This document shows positions 18,047 through 26,744 of a DNA stretch of 59,535 nt, piece by piece; position 1 is the stretch's first letter, and each line of letters starts with the position of its first letter. The position numbers and the translations under genes were made by a program. Under the pieces are notes generated by a model. The model searched no databases, was not told the DNA's origin, and saw only the letters and a list, made by a program, of their open reading frames with translations. The stretch lies in contig JAUIEW010000003.1 of NCBI GenBank assembly GCA_030429365.1, positions 1 to 59,535 of the forward strand, written 5' to 3'. The DNA comes from Phycisphaerae bacterium (GTDB taxonomy: Bacteria > Planctomycetota > Phycisphaerae > UBA1845).

Positions 18047-19411
18047 ATGGACGAACCAACACAAGCAACCCAATCGCAAACCTGGACCGACGGGCAAGGC
18101 CGATCATGGCAGATCGATGCCGATCCGAGTGTCGTGGTCCTCTCGCGCGATAGCGGTGAGCGCGTCGAGATCCCGCAAGCCGACTGGCGACGGGCGATTT
18201 CATTTGCACCATCCGGAACGCGCGTGGTCATTCACTTCGACACAGGCATGCAGGAGATCGGTTTCCTGGTGCCGATGGATGAAGCGCGGTCGCTCTTCGC
18301 TGCGATGAAGCAGCCGACACCATTCGCTGCACCGGCAGCGGGCATACCACGCGAGGCAGTCGAACGCGCTTATCAAGCGCCGCGGGCGACGGGCAGTCCG
18401 CTATGGCCCAAGATGACCGCGATGCCCATCGTCGCGATCAGCCTGGCCACCATTGCGTTCATACCGCTGGCTGGATTCCTCTTCGGCGCGGTGGCGATCG
18501 GGTTGGCGATTCGCATCCGTCAGACGTCGCAGAACAATGCCGCCCACCTGCACATGCGCACGATCGCCACGATCAGCCTGTACATCGCAATTGCGGGCCT
18601 GCTGATTTCAACGGTCGCAACATACGCCATGTTCAACCGCGGGCCCGACACACACACGATTGATCCCGAGATGTTTCGCGATCTGGAGTGGAGCACCGGG
18701 GCGATCATCGCGGCGATCGTGATGATCATCATGGCTTTATGCTTTCACGAAGCCGCCCACGCGATCACGGCATGGTGGTGTGGAGATGGGTATGCCAAAT
18801 CGCTCGGGCGCGTCACGCTGAATCCGCTGTCGCACATCGACCCGTTCGGCACGATTCTGCTGCCGATCTTTCTGGCATCGATGGGAAGTCCGGTGTTCGG
18901 TTATGCTAGGCCCGTCCCGGTGCAACTGGGCAACGTTCCCAATTATCGCCGATCGCAGATCCTGGTGTCAGCCGCGGGACCGTTTTCGAACATCCTGCAA
19001 GCGGCGTGCTGCCTCGCATTGATCACGTTGATCAGCGCCGTGTTGTCGCTCATTCCGGATGTCGAGGTGTTTCACCTTTGCGACCTGCAACCGTTTGTCG
19101 AGATACGCGGGATCGCCGGCGCGAAGGTCATCGGTGCAGCGGCTTTGATGCTCAAGCTCGGCTTTGCGATTAACCTGCTGCTTGCGTTCTTCAACATGAT
19201 CCCCCTCCCCCCGCTCGATGGTTCATGGATCGCAGAGCAGATGCTTCCTGGTTCGATGGGCCGGTTCTACGCGACGATCCGGCCTTTCGGGATGTTCATT
19301 TTTCTGGCGATGATCTACTGGGCACCGGAAATCATCGGGTACTTTTTGGCGCCGGCGATTCAGATCATCATCTGGGCCCGGGAGTTGATCTATGCGGTTT
19401 CCGGTTTCTAG
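18047..19411 (+). CDS. Site-2 protease (peptidase M50) with N-terminal soluble and DUF4190-like extension
   Basis: HEAAH, GRVTLNPLSHIDPFGT, AAGPFSN, FNMIPLPPLDG; ATG at 18047. Confidence 0.88.
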   Translation: MDEPTQATQSQTWTDGQGRSWQIDADPSVVVLSRDSGERVEIPQADWRRAISFAPSGTRVVIHFDTGMQEIGFLVPMDEARSLFAAMKQPTPFAAPAAGIPREAVERAYQAPRATGSPLWPKMTAMPIVAISLATIAFIPLAGFLFGAVAIGLAIRIRQTSQNNAAHLHMRTIATISLYIAIAGLLISTVATYAMFNRGPDTHTIDPEMFRDLEWSTGAIIAAIVMIIMALCFHEAAHAITAWWCGDGYAKSLGRVTLNPLSHIDPFGTILLPIFLASMGSPVFGYARPVPVQLGNVPNYRRSQILVSAAGPFSNILQAACCLALITLISAVLSLIPDVEVFHLCDLQPFVEIRGIAGAKVIGAAALMLKLGFAINLLLAFFNMIPLPPLDGSWIAEQMLPGSMGRFYATIRPFGMFIFLAMIYWAPEIIGYFLAPAIQIIIWARELIYAVSGF

Positions 19412-19471
19412 GGGACAATATCCAGCCGTACTTTGGCAACGTGGTGCAAGGTATAATCGGGGTGGGGGCCT

Positions 19472-20710
19472 ATGAACGATTTGAAATCAACATTGATCCG
19501 TTGCTTGTTTATCGCGGCGATGGCCATCGTTGCCGGCTGTCAGGAACCACCGCCGGTTTGCACGACCGATTGCGACAATTCCGAAGTCGAGCCGAACAAC
19601 ACGTTTGCCGTCGCGACGTCCGCCCGCGTCATCGAGACGACCCAGAAGATCGTCGGCACGATCGATCAGCGCGGCGATATCGATGTGTATGATCTCGGGC
19701 CGATGAAGGTAGGCGACACCGTCAGTGTTCGAATTGGCGTGTTGAGCGGTACGCTCCAGCCGGCATTCGCTCTTTACAACCAGTCCAACGAACTCATTAA
19801 CGAAGACACGCTGACGAGCCTGCGGTCTCGAACGGCTTCACCGAAGATCGACCACGTCGTGCGGGCCGACTCCGATCCGTTCTATCTGGCGATGTCGCAC
19901 AATGTCGCTGGGTTCACCTCGGGACAATACGAACTCAACATCACCGTCGAGCGCGCTGCCGCAAACCCCGAACCCGCTCAACAAGTGATCTACCTGAACT
20001 TCAGCGGCGGCGAAATTGACGATCCGGTGTTTGGCCGATTCGAGGTAGGACCGTTTGATGCTGGCGACATCGATCCGATCTATGAAGGCCAAACCAACTT
20101 CATGATCCAGGCAATTCGCGAAACGGTCGAGCAGAATTACACCCGCTTCGACGCGGTCATTCTCGACAGCATCAACGACGGCCCGCTGCCATCTGGGAAC
20201 GTGAGCGAAATCCTCTTTGGCGGGTTCAACGATTTGGCGTTCGGTGCGGCACAGGACGTCGATCTCTACAACGAGAACCCGACTGACAAAGCCATCATCT
20301 TTATCGAATCGTTTGAGACGTTTCTGTTCGAGCAACCGCCATCGCCAGCGGGCATGTCGGTGGCGATCGGAAACGTCGCAGCGCACGAAGCCGGCCACCT
20401 GCTCGGACTGCACCACGTCCGCGACGCCGACGCCATCATGGACGAAGCCTCGCCAACGTTCACGCTATTAGCCGACCAGGAATTCATCACCGCGCCGCTT
20501 TCTACTTCGATCTTCCCGCTGGGCAATCAGGACTCTGCCGCTCTTCTCGAAGTGATCATCGGGTTGAACCCCAATCCGGTGGCGAAGCGATTGAGATTCA
20601 GCGTCGAAGCACCAACGCTGGGACCAGCCGCCACCCGGTCGAAGTGCTTGAATTGCGTTCGAAGAGAAGCCTTGGTCAACTCGATCGACAAGAGCGAAGA
20701 CGGGCAATAG
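19472..20710 (+). CDS. Lipoprotein zinc metalloprotease (metzincin/matrixin-like) with PPC-like domain
   Basis: VAGC lipobox; EVEPNNT..DIDVY PPC-type motif; HEAGHLLGLHH plus AIM Met-turn. Confidence 0.85.
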   Translation: MNDLKSTLIRCLFIAAMAIVAGCQEPPPVCTTDCDNSEVEPNNTFAVATSARVIETTQKIVGTIDQRGDIDVYDLGPMKVGDTVSVRIGVLSGTLQPAFALYNQSNELINEDTLTSLRSRTASPKIDHVVRADSDPFYLAMSHNVAGFTSGQYELNITVERAAANPEPAQQVIYLNFSGGEIDDPVFGRFEVGPFDAGDIDPIYEGQTNFMIQAIRETVEQNYTRFDAVILDSINDGPLPSGNVSEILFGGFNDLAFGAAQDVDLYNENPTDKAIIFIESFETFLFEQPPSPAGMSVAIGNVAAHEAGHLLGLHHVRDADAIMDEASPTFTLLADQEFITAPLSTSIFPLGNQDSAALLEVIIGLNPNPVAKRLRFSVEAPTLGPAATRSKCLNCVRREALVNSIDKSEDGQ

Positions 20711-20722
20711 CGAGATCGTCGG

Positions 20723-21403
20723 CTACATCGTCAGCCAGAAGCAACCAATGGCGATGGCGGCTACGCCGCTTCCGTAGAAGAGATACTTGGTCGCATGCTG
20801 ACCGGAACCGTTGAGGCGGCCGGCTAGCCTGCCTACGGTCCAGGTGAAGATCGACATCCCGCCGATGGAACCCAAACCAAACGCGAAAACGTAGAGGACC
20901 GCGGACAGGCGCGACGGCAGCATCAGCGCCGGCAGCACGCCCATCAGGTGCGAGGTGCCCGCGAAGCCGTGGAGCATGCCGATGCCGAGGGCGCGGTGTT
21001 CGTGGGTGTGCTTTGCATGCTCGTGATGTTCCATGCCCTCTTCGTGGACGTGGATGTGCGCGTGGGGGACGCCGTCATGTTCGTGCACGTGGCTGTGGAC
21101 TTTGACCGACATGGCTTTGCGAATTGCCCACAATCCGATCCCGATCAGCACAATGCCGACGATCCGCTCGCTCCACGACGATAGCCAGTCCAAAGGCAGC
21201 GCATCGCGCAGCAGGATCGCCGCGATCGCCAGGATCCAAACGCCGCTGGAGTGGCCAATCCCCCAGAATAAACCGGCTTTTATGGGCTTTTCCTTGTGGT
21301 CGATCGCCAAAGGGGCGACGGCTGCGAGGTGGTCCGGGCCGGCGAAGACGTGGGCAACGCCAGCCGCCAAACCGCTTACGATGGCTATCAGGGTGGTGGT
21401 CAT
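20723..21403 (-). CDS. His-rich nickel/cobalt transporter-like membrane protein (UreH/NiCoT type)
   Basis: HVFAGPDHLAAV, WGIGHS, HSHVHEHDGVPHAHIH loop, GMLHGFAG; about 6 TM helices. Confidence 0.85.
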   Translation of the reverse strand: MTTTLIAIVSGLAAGVAHVFAGPDHLAAVAPLAIDHKEKPIKAGLFWGIGHSSGVWILAIAAILLRDALPLDWLSSWSERIVGIVLIGIGLWAIRKAMSVKVHSHVHEHDGVPHAHIHVHEEGMEHHEHAKHTHEHRALGIGMLHGFAGTSHLMGVLPALMLPSRLSAVLYVFAFGLGSIGGMSIFTWTVGRLAGRLNGSGQHATKYLFYGSGVAAIAIGCFWLTM

Positions 21404-21437
21404 TTGATCTTCAGATCTTCTATCGTGCAATATTTCA

Positions 21438-21454
21438 TGCAATTCTCGTGCCAG
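21438..21454 (-). promoter_or_regulatory. Sigma-54 (-24/-12) promoter
   Basis: Minus strand CTGGCACGAGAATTGCA matches TGGCACG-N4-TTGC exactly, about 35 bp upstream of ATG 21403. Confidence 0.75.
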
Positions 21455-21542
21455 ACGCAGTGCGTCGGGCGTTTGATCGTCGGTGGATTGTAGCAGCGTG
21501 GGGGCGGGCGTACAGGTGGGCGGGTGATGGATCGGAACGAGC

Positions 21543-21617
21543 GTAGGGTCCGCTGTGCGGACCGCGGGTTTGTACGCTGCTTGCTATCTATTGATTGGTC
21601 CGCACAGCGGACCCTAC
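21543..21617. repeat. REP doublet (REPIN-like), family B
   Basis: gtagggtccgctgtgcggacc (21543-21563) and exact reverse complement (21597-21617). Confidence 0.9.
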
Positions 21618-22292
21618 CGGAATCGCATTCAATTGATCGGTGATCAGCGCGCGGATGCGTTGCTGGGTTTGTTCGATGTTTTCCGACGGAATGATGGTCA
21701 TGCCAAGATCAGCCCGCTGGACGTCGAGATAGGCCTTTGCTTTGGTCTCGAAATAATCCATCTCGTGTTCGGGCTTGCGGTGCTCGGCTTCGGCTGGATC
21801 TGTGGCTAACAAGAACGCAACGTCGGGTTTCGGCACGAGGTGAACGAGCAAACGCGCATACCACCCTGTCGGGTTGGCCAGGCACACGAGCTTATCGAAA
21901 ATGTACCGGTCGCAAAGCACGACGTCATAACCGCAAACCCGCTGCCTCATCAGCACGCACGAACACAAAAAGCAGTCAATCGGATAGACAAGAAATCGGC
22001 GAAGTCGAACACCGAGCGTGTTGCGATCTTCGTCAAACGAACGACCGCCGGGATACGTTCGAATTCGGCTGGCCGGTTCGTTCGTTGAATTGGTTGTGGT
22101 GGCTTTGGGGGCAGCCGTGCGCTTGCGGGCGGCGCGACGCTCCTTGAACTGCGCGTACATCCCCGTCAGCGAGCAGTACAGCGTGACCAGCACCTTCACC
22201 TTAAGCCCACGTTGGCCAAGGAACGATGCAGTCCGCGCGATCTGCGTGGACTTTCCCGACCCGTCGATGCCAGAGTACGTCACAATCAGCAT
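21588..22292 (-). CDS. Thymidylate-kinase-like P-loop kinase
   Basis: SGIDGSGKST P-loop, CDRY, PKPD, RKPE; ATG 22292 overlaps the upstream methyltransferase stop. Confidence 0.8.
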   Translation of the reverse strand: MLIVTYSGIDGSGKSTQIARTASFLGQRGLKVKVLVTLYCSLTGMYAQFKERRAARKRTAAPKATTTNSTNEPASRIRTYPGGRSFDEDRNTLGVRLRRFLVYPIDCFLCSCVLMRQRVCGYDVVLCDRYIFDKLVCLANPTGWYARLLVHLVPKPDVAFLLATDPAEAEHRKPEHEMDYFETKAKAYLDVQRADLGMTIIPSENIEQTQQRIRALITDQLNAIPVGSAVRTNQ

Positions 22293-23122
22293 GATGATTT
22301 CGGCTTTCTGGCTTGGACCAGGAGCGTTTTGCTCAGGTATCGAACCGGTGAATTCGCTTCCAACAGATGAAGCCCCTTCCCAACCGGCGGAAGAAACCGC
22401 GACAGCGTGCACGTTCCATCAAGGCCAACGCCCTGCATGCGCACGTCATTCCAATCGGTAAATAGCCGGCTCGCTTCCGGCGGTGACACAAACGTGTGCG
22501 GATGGGTGTCGCGGCGCGAACGAAACGCGCTCACGAGCATCTGGCAGGTGATTCCGCGCAGAACGTTTCGCATTTCAATGATCAGTTGCCCTCCGGGTCG
22601 CAACACGCGGCGCATCTCCGCGATGATCGCCGGCCAAGTTGACTTCGGAAGCAAATGCGTCAAACGCAGACACGTAAATATATCAACGCTGTTATCCGGT
22701 AGCGGCAACTTGTAAGCATCGCCCATCGACAGGATCAGATCCGCGCCGGATTTCTGCGACTCATCGGCGCACACACCCAGCATGCCAGCCGCAATATCAA
22801 TCCCGATCATCCGATGGGCGTAACCGCGTTGTCTTAAGTGCAAAAGAAACTTACCCGTCCCGACCGGCATGTCCACGTGAACCGAGTCGCGATGGGTTTT
22901 GTCCAAGATCGATTCGAGCGTGCGATATGAATTCGCGAAGTAGTAGCGCGTCGCACGGTTGACGGCCCGATCAACATCGTAATGCTTGGCTTTGTCGTCG
23001 TAGGTCTTGACGAGTCGATGCTTCAAATCGTCCAGCGACCGATCACCGGGAAGATCCGGAATCGCATCGTGGGCGTTTGGTTCAATCTGAGTTGACGGTT
23101 GATCTTCGATTAGCGTCGGCAC
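22286..23122 (-). CDS. Class I SAM-dependent methyltransferase
   Basis: VDMPVGTG, GIDIAAGML, GDAYKLPL, RRVLRPGG. Confidence 0.9.
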   Translation of the reverse strand: MPTLIEDQPSTQIEPNAHDAIPDLPGDRSLDDLKHRLVKTYDDKAKHYDVDRAVNRATRYYFANSYRTLESILDKTHRDSVHVDMPVGTGKFLLHLRQRGYAHRMIGIDIAAGMLGVCADESQKSGADLILSMGDAYKLPLPDNSVDIFTCLRLTHLLPKSTWPAIIAEMRRVLRPGGQLIIEMRNVLRGITCQMLVSAFRSRRDTHPHTFVSPPEASRLFTDWNDVRMQGVGLDGTCTLSRFLPPVGKGLHLLEANSPVRYLSKTLLVQARKPKSSC

Positions 23123-23257
23123 GGGTCTGATTCCTTTCAGATCGGCGGGCCACCGTGTTGCTGCGGAATGATCATGGTTCCGCGAACCGGGCGCATTGCC
23201 CCGAGGTATATCGGAACAATCGAGTCAGCCCCCCACTTTTGACGCGGACAATGCGGA

Positions 23258-24349
23258 TCAAGCCGACGAAACCACCATCCCAATCGGATGACGGCGGGTC
23301 AGCAGGCGATCGAGGGCTTTGCGGCAGTACACGCGGTCGATGGGCCGGGCTTTGTTGCAGCGGCTGGCGAGGTATTGCAGGCAGGTCATGGTCGCGAGAA
23401 TGTCGATGCCGTATTGCGTGTACGAGTCGACGCCATCCGGGAAACGCGCCCGCGCAAATGCCTGCCAAACGGCGTCGGCTGCATCGCGTCGCGGGTCCAT
23501 CCACAGGTTGGCTGCGAACACCGCCACATCGCACAACGACCAACTCACACGGGGAGCCGTCCACCAATCAATCACCGAAAACGACGCACCATCGATCAGC
23601 ACGTTATCCGGTTTGAAGTCGCCGTGAACGAAGCCAGCCGGCACACCGGATTCGAAATAGGCGACAGCCCGCGAAATGTCATAACGATCCGACCACTGCC
23701 GTGCGGCTTTGCAACCGGATAAACTCAACTGATATGCCGATTCGGAAGCGAGTGCGATGCGCGATTCGATCAGACGATCGGCACGGACATGAAGGTCGCC
23801 CTCGGGCGTGCGATACACTTCGCTCCCTAGCAGCGTGCCCAGCTCGGTCACGTCGACATCGCCGATTTGACTGTATTCGTAGTGCCAACGGGCCACTGAC
23901 TCGATGGCAGCCGGCAGATCTTTCGCGTCCTGATTGAGCAGTTGCCCAACCGGTACGCCTTCGACACCTTCGATCAGAAGTGCGTTCTCGTCACGCCAAT
24001 AGTCAATCAGTTTGGGCACCGAACGCGCTAGTTGCGGATAGTGCTCCGACCACCAGTGCATGTGGCGAATCGATTGCTCGAGCGCGCGGGGGTCTGCGTC
24101 GGGACACCACTTGATCCAAAACGCTGTCGAGCGCGCATCGCTTCCGACCACGCCGCGAACCATGTATCCACCGGCGCCTGAGCGCACGCGCCTGTCGAGC
24201 ACGAGTTCGGCGCTGGGGTCACCGCCCGGCCAATACACATCGCGCTTGGATTCAAGTCGCGCCATCCAGCGGCGGCGCTGCACTTGTTTCAAGAGCGCTG
24301 TCGCGCGAACGTCGCGGGCCAACCTCAATGTCGATTGCAGTAATTCCAC
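23258..24349 (-). CDS. APH/choline-kinase-family phosphotransferase
   Basis: HGDFKPDNVL Brenner motif, VIDW, FWIK lysine strand. Confidence 0.82.
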   Translation of the reverse strand: MELLQSTLRLARDVRATALLKQVQRRRWMARLESKRDVYWPGGDPSAELVLDRRVRSGAGGYMVRGVVGSDARSTAFWIKWCPDADPRALEQSIRHMHWWSEHYPQLARSVPKLIDYWRDENALLIEGVEGVPVGQLLNQDAKDLPAAIESVARWHYEYSQIGDVDVTELGTLLGSEVYRTPEGDLHVRADRLIESRIALASESAYQLSLSGCKAARQWSDRYDISRAVAYFESGVPAGFVHGDFKPDNVLIDGASFSVIDWWTAPRVSWSLCDVAVFAANLWMDPRRDAADAVWQAFARARFPDGVDSYTQYGIDILATMTCLQYLASRCNKARPIDRVYCRKALDRLLTRRHPIGMVVSSA

Positions 24350-24618
24350 GTATCCGAATTATCGGACACTGCGCATTTGAAATGAAATCGGAATCAGCAT
24401 GCTTCTCTCCTATACCGGCCTGATTCGAGCAACGCATCAGGGTCCGAAAAAAACATCGGCTACCAACCCCGGAAACCGCATATTTTCGGGCTCAAAATCA
24501 ATGTCCGAAAACCCGTTTTTGCAATGGGCGATAACTTATTGACCCACGCCACGCTGCCGAACTCAACAACAACGTCTACCTGTTTGCGGACGTCATTGAT
24601 CGGGGAGTTCGGTTTCGC

Positions 24619-26532
24619 ATGTGGCCAATCAAGACCTGCATATTCTTCGCTGGATTCATCAGTTCCTGCGGGCTCTCCCTGCTGTTCCCGATCATCGGCA
24701 TCATCACGTACATGATGATTTACCAGCTCAACCCGGACGACACCTGGTGGGGAAAACCGCTTGAAGACATGGACGTCAGGCTGTCGCTGACGGCGGCGGT
24801 CTGCATGATCCTGGGCATGCTGATCAGTTCCGCCCGCGTGCCCAAGTCGCGGCAGGTCGTCGGCGATTGGCTGTTTCTCCTGTCTACATTCACAATCATC
24901 GTGTTGAGCAGTCTTTGGGTTGGAACCGGCACAACCGAATACGGCGACATGCTGGCGGACAAGATGGTCAAGATGACGATCTTTCTTTTCTGCATGGTGC
25001 GCATGGCCGGAACGACGCGCAACTTCCGTTTGGTGCTCTGGTCGTTTGCGATCGGAACGCTTTACATCGGGTATGAGGCGTACAATGCCAGCGCTTCGGA
25101 CTTTGCAGACGGGCGGCTGAACTTCATCGGCGGTCCCGATTTTCGAGAATCATCGGGTCTGGCCGTTCACATGGCCGCCATGCTCCCGCTGCTTGGTATC
25201 TTGTTCTTGTCGGTCAAGCGGTGGCGCTGGAAGGCACTGCTCGTGATCGCGGGGATTCTCGCAGTCAACACGATTGTCCAATGCAGAACGCGTTCGGCGT
25301 TTGTCGGGCTGATCGTGGGATCCATCTTCGCCATCCTGCTGCTGCCGCGCCGACATCGATTGAAGGTGAGCGTGTCGCTGATTGCCGCGATGATTGGAAT
25401 GTATTCGCTTGCCGACGAGCATTTTTGGAACCGGATGCAGACCATTGTCGGACACGAAACCTATGCCGAGGAAGGTGCGATTCAGGCCAGAATCGAATTG
25501 TGGGGCGCCGGGTGGCGCATGTTTCTCGATCACCCATTTGGCGTCGGCATCGGTCAATTCAAACAAGCCGTCGAAAACTACAACACCGGCGCCGAACTCT
25601 ACGCATTCTCAATCCCGCGCCGCGTCACGCATAACAGCTATCTGCTATGCATGACAGAGTTGGGTGTTCAGGGGATCACCGTCCTTTTTGCATTGTTCGT
25701 TCTGACGTTTTGGAAACTTCGACAGTGTTGGCACTGGTCGAGAACGGAAGGCGACTCGTCGCCGATCAAACTCTATGCGTATGGATGCTTCGTCGCCATT
25801 GTGATTTACTCGGTCGCAGCCGCGTTCACCGACCGTTTGTATACCGAATCGTTCTGGTGGGTGTTGGCGCTACCGACATGTCTGGAACGCGCTGCCGCCA
25901 GACGCTATGCCGATCAGTTTCAGCTGGCTGGCGAGGACAATGTGGAGCCGGAACTCTCAGCCGACTTGGAAATGGATATCGACCCGGACGAAGACAGCGT
26001 GAACGTCGCCTGGCCGCCAACCCCAAGGCGATCTCTGCACGGACCCGTGAGGCAGCTAAGGCCAACGATCGCGCCGCACAGCCCTGTCGAGAGAGTGGCC
26101 AGATCGTCATTTACGGAAATAGCGAACCGCACAGCGCGAGCGCAAAAGCGCGTGTCCGAAAGTCTCTTTGCCGGAAATGCACCACGGACTGTTGGTCACT
26201 TCAAGTCCACCGACACAATCGTCGCCAAGGTGGAATCACTTCTCGGAGATTCCGCCCACGAAACGCGCATGTTTGATTTGGAAGAAGGTGTTGGGAAGCG
26301 AGCAGCCCGAGCCAACGCCGTGACCGTCAGCTACGAAGGCCAGCTCAGCAATGGCACAACGTTCGACTCGGCCCACAAAGCACGCATCGAGCTGAAGGAC
26401 ATCATGCCAGAGTTGGCATTGGGCATCCGAACCATGCGCGAAGCCGGCAGACGACGCATCGTCATTCCACCGAACACCACCAGCGACGAAACCATGATCT
26501 TTGACGTCACCCTGCTCAAAGTCCACGGCTGA
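24619..26532 (+). CDS. O-antigen ligase/Wzy_C-family membrane protein fused to a C-terminal FKBP-type PPIase-like domain
   Basis: About 11 TM helices, TRSAFVGL, PFGVG, THNSY..ELG; C-terminal DLEEGVG..VTVSYEGQLSNGTTFDS..GIRTMREAGRRRIVIPP..MIFDVTLL. Confidence 0.85.
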   Translation: MWPIKTCIFFAGFISSCGLSLLFPIIGIITYMMIYQLNPDDTWWGKPLEDMDVRLSLTAAVCMILGMLISSARVPKSRQVVGDWLFLLSTFTIIVLSSLWVGTGTTEYGDMLADKMVKMTIFLFCMVRMAGTTRNFRLVLWSFAIGTLYIGYEAYNASASDFADGRLNFIGGPDFRESSGLAVHMAAMLPLLGILFLSVKRWRWKALLVIAGILAVNTIVQCRTRSAFVGLIVGSIFAILLLPRRHRLKVSVSLIAAMIGMYSLADEHFWNRMQTIVGHETYAEEGAIQARIELWGAGWRMFLDHPFGVGIGQFKQAVENYNTGAELYAFSIPRRVTHNSYLLCMTELGVQGITVLFALFVLTFWKLRQCWHWSRTEGDSSPIKLYAYGCFVAIVIYSVAAAFTDRLYTESFWWVLALPTCLERAAARRYADQFQLAGEDNVEPELSADLEMDIDPDEDSVNVAWPPTPRRSLHGPVRQLRPTIAPHSPVERVARSSFTEIANRTARAQKRVSESLFAGNAPRTVGHFKSTDTIVAKVESLLGDSAHETRMFDLEEGVGKRAARANAVTVSYEGQLSNGTTFDSAHKARIELKDIMPELALGIRTMREAGRRRIVIPPNTTSDETMIFDVTLLKVHG

Positions 26533-26744
26533 GTCGTTGCGGCTTGGTCACGTTCAATAAGACCAAACACACCCCTTTGGTGATCAAGGGCGACGGCGCC
26601 AGCGGCACACCGCTGCATCGTCCGTCCGAAAACGCCAGCATTCTTACCCACTGAACCGCAGATTTCTCCAATCCAAATGCGTTTTTGCCGAATCAGTTAT
26701 AGGAACTTCGCGACAATCGCGCAGGCCCCCGGTGAGAAGACGCT

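Noticed and set aside
26599-26617. Sigma-54-like GGCAC..TGC (similar ones near 19432 and 58790)
   Set aside because: GG-to-GC spacing is 9 nt rather than the required 10
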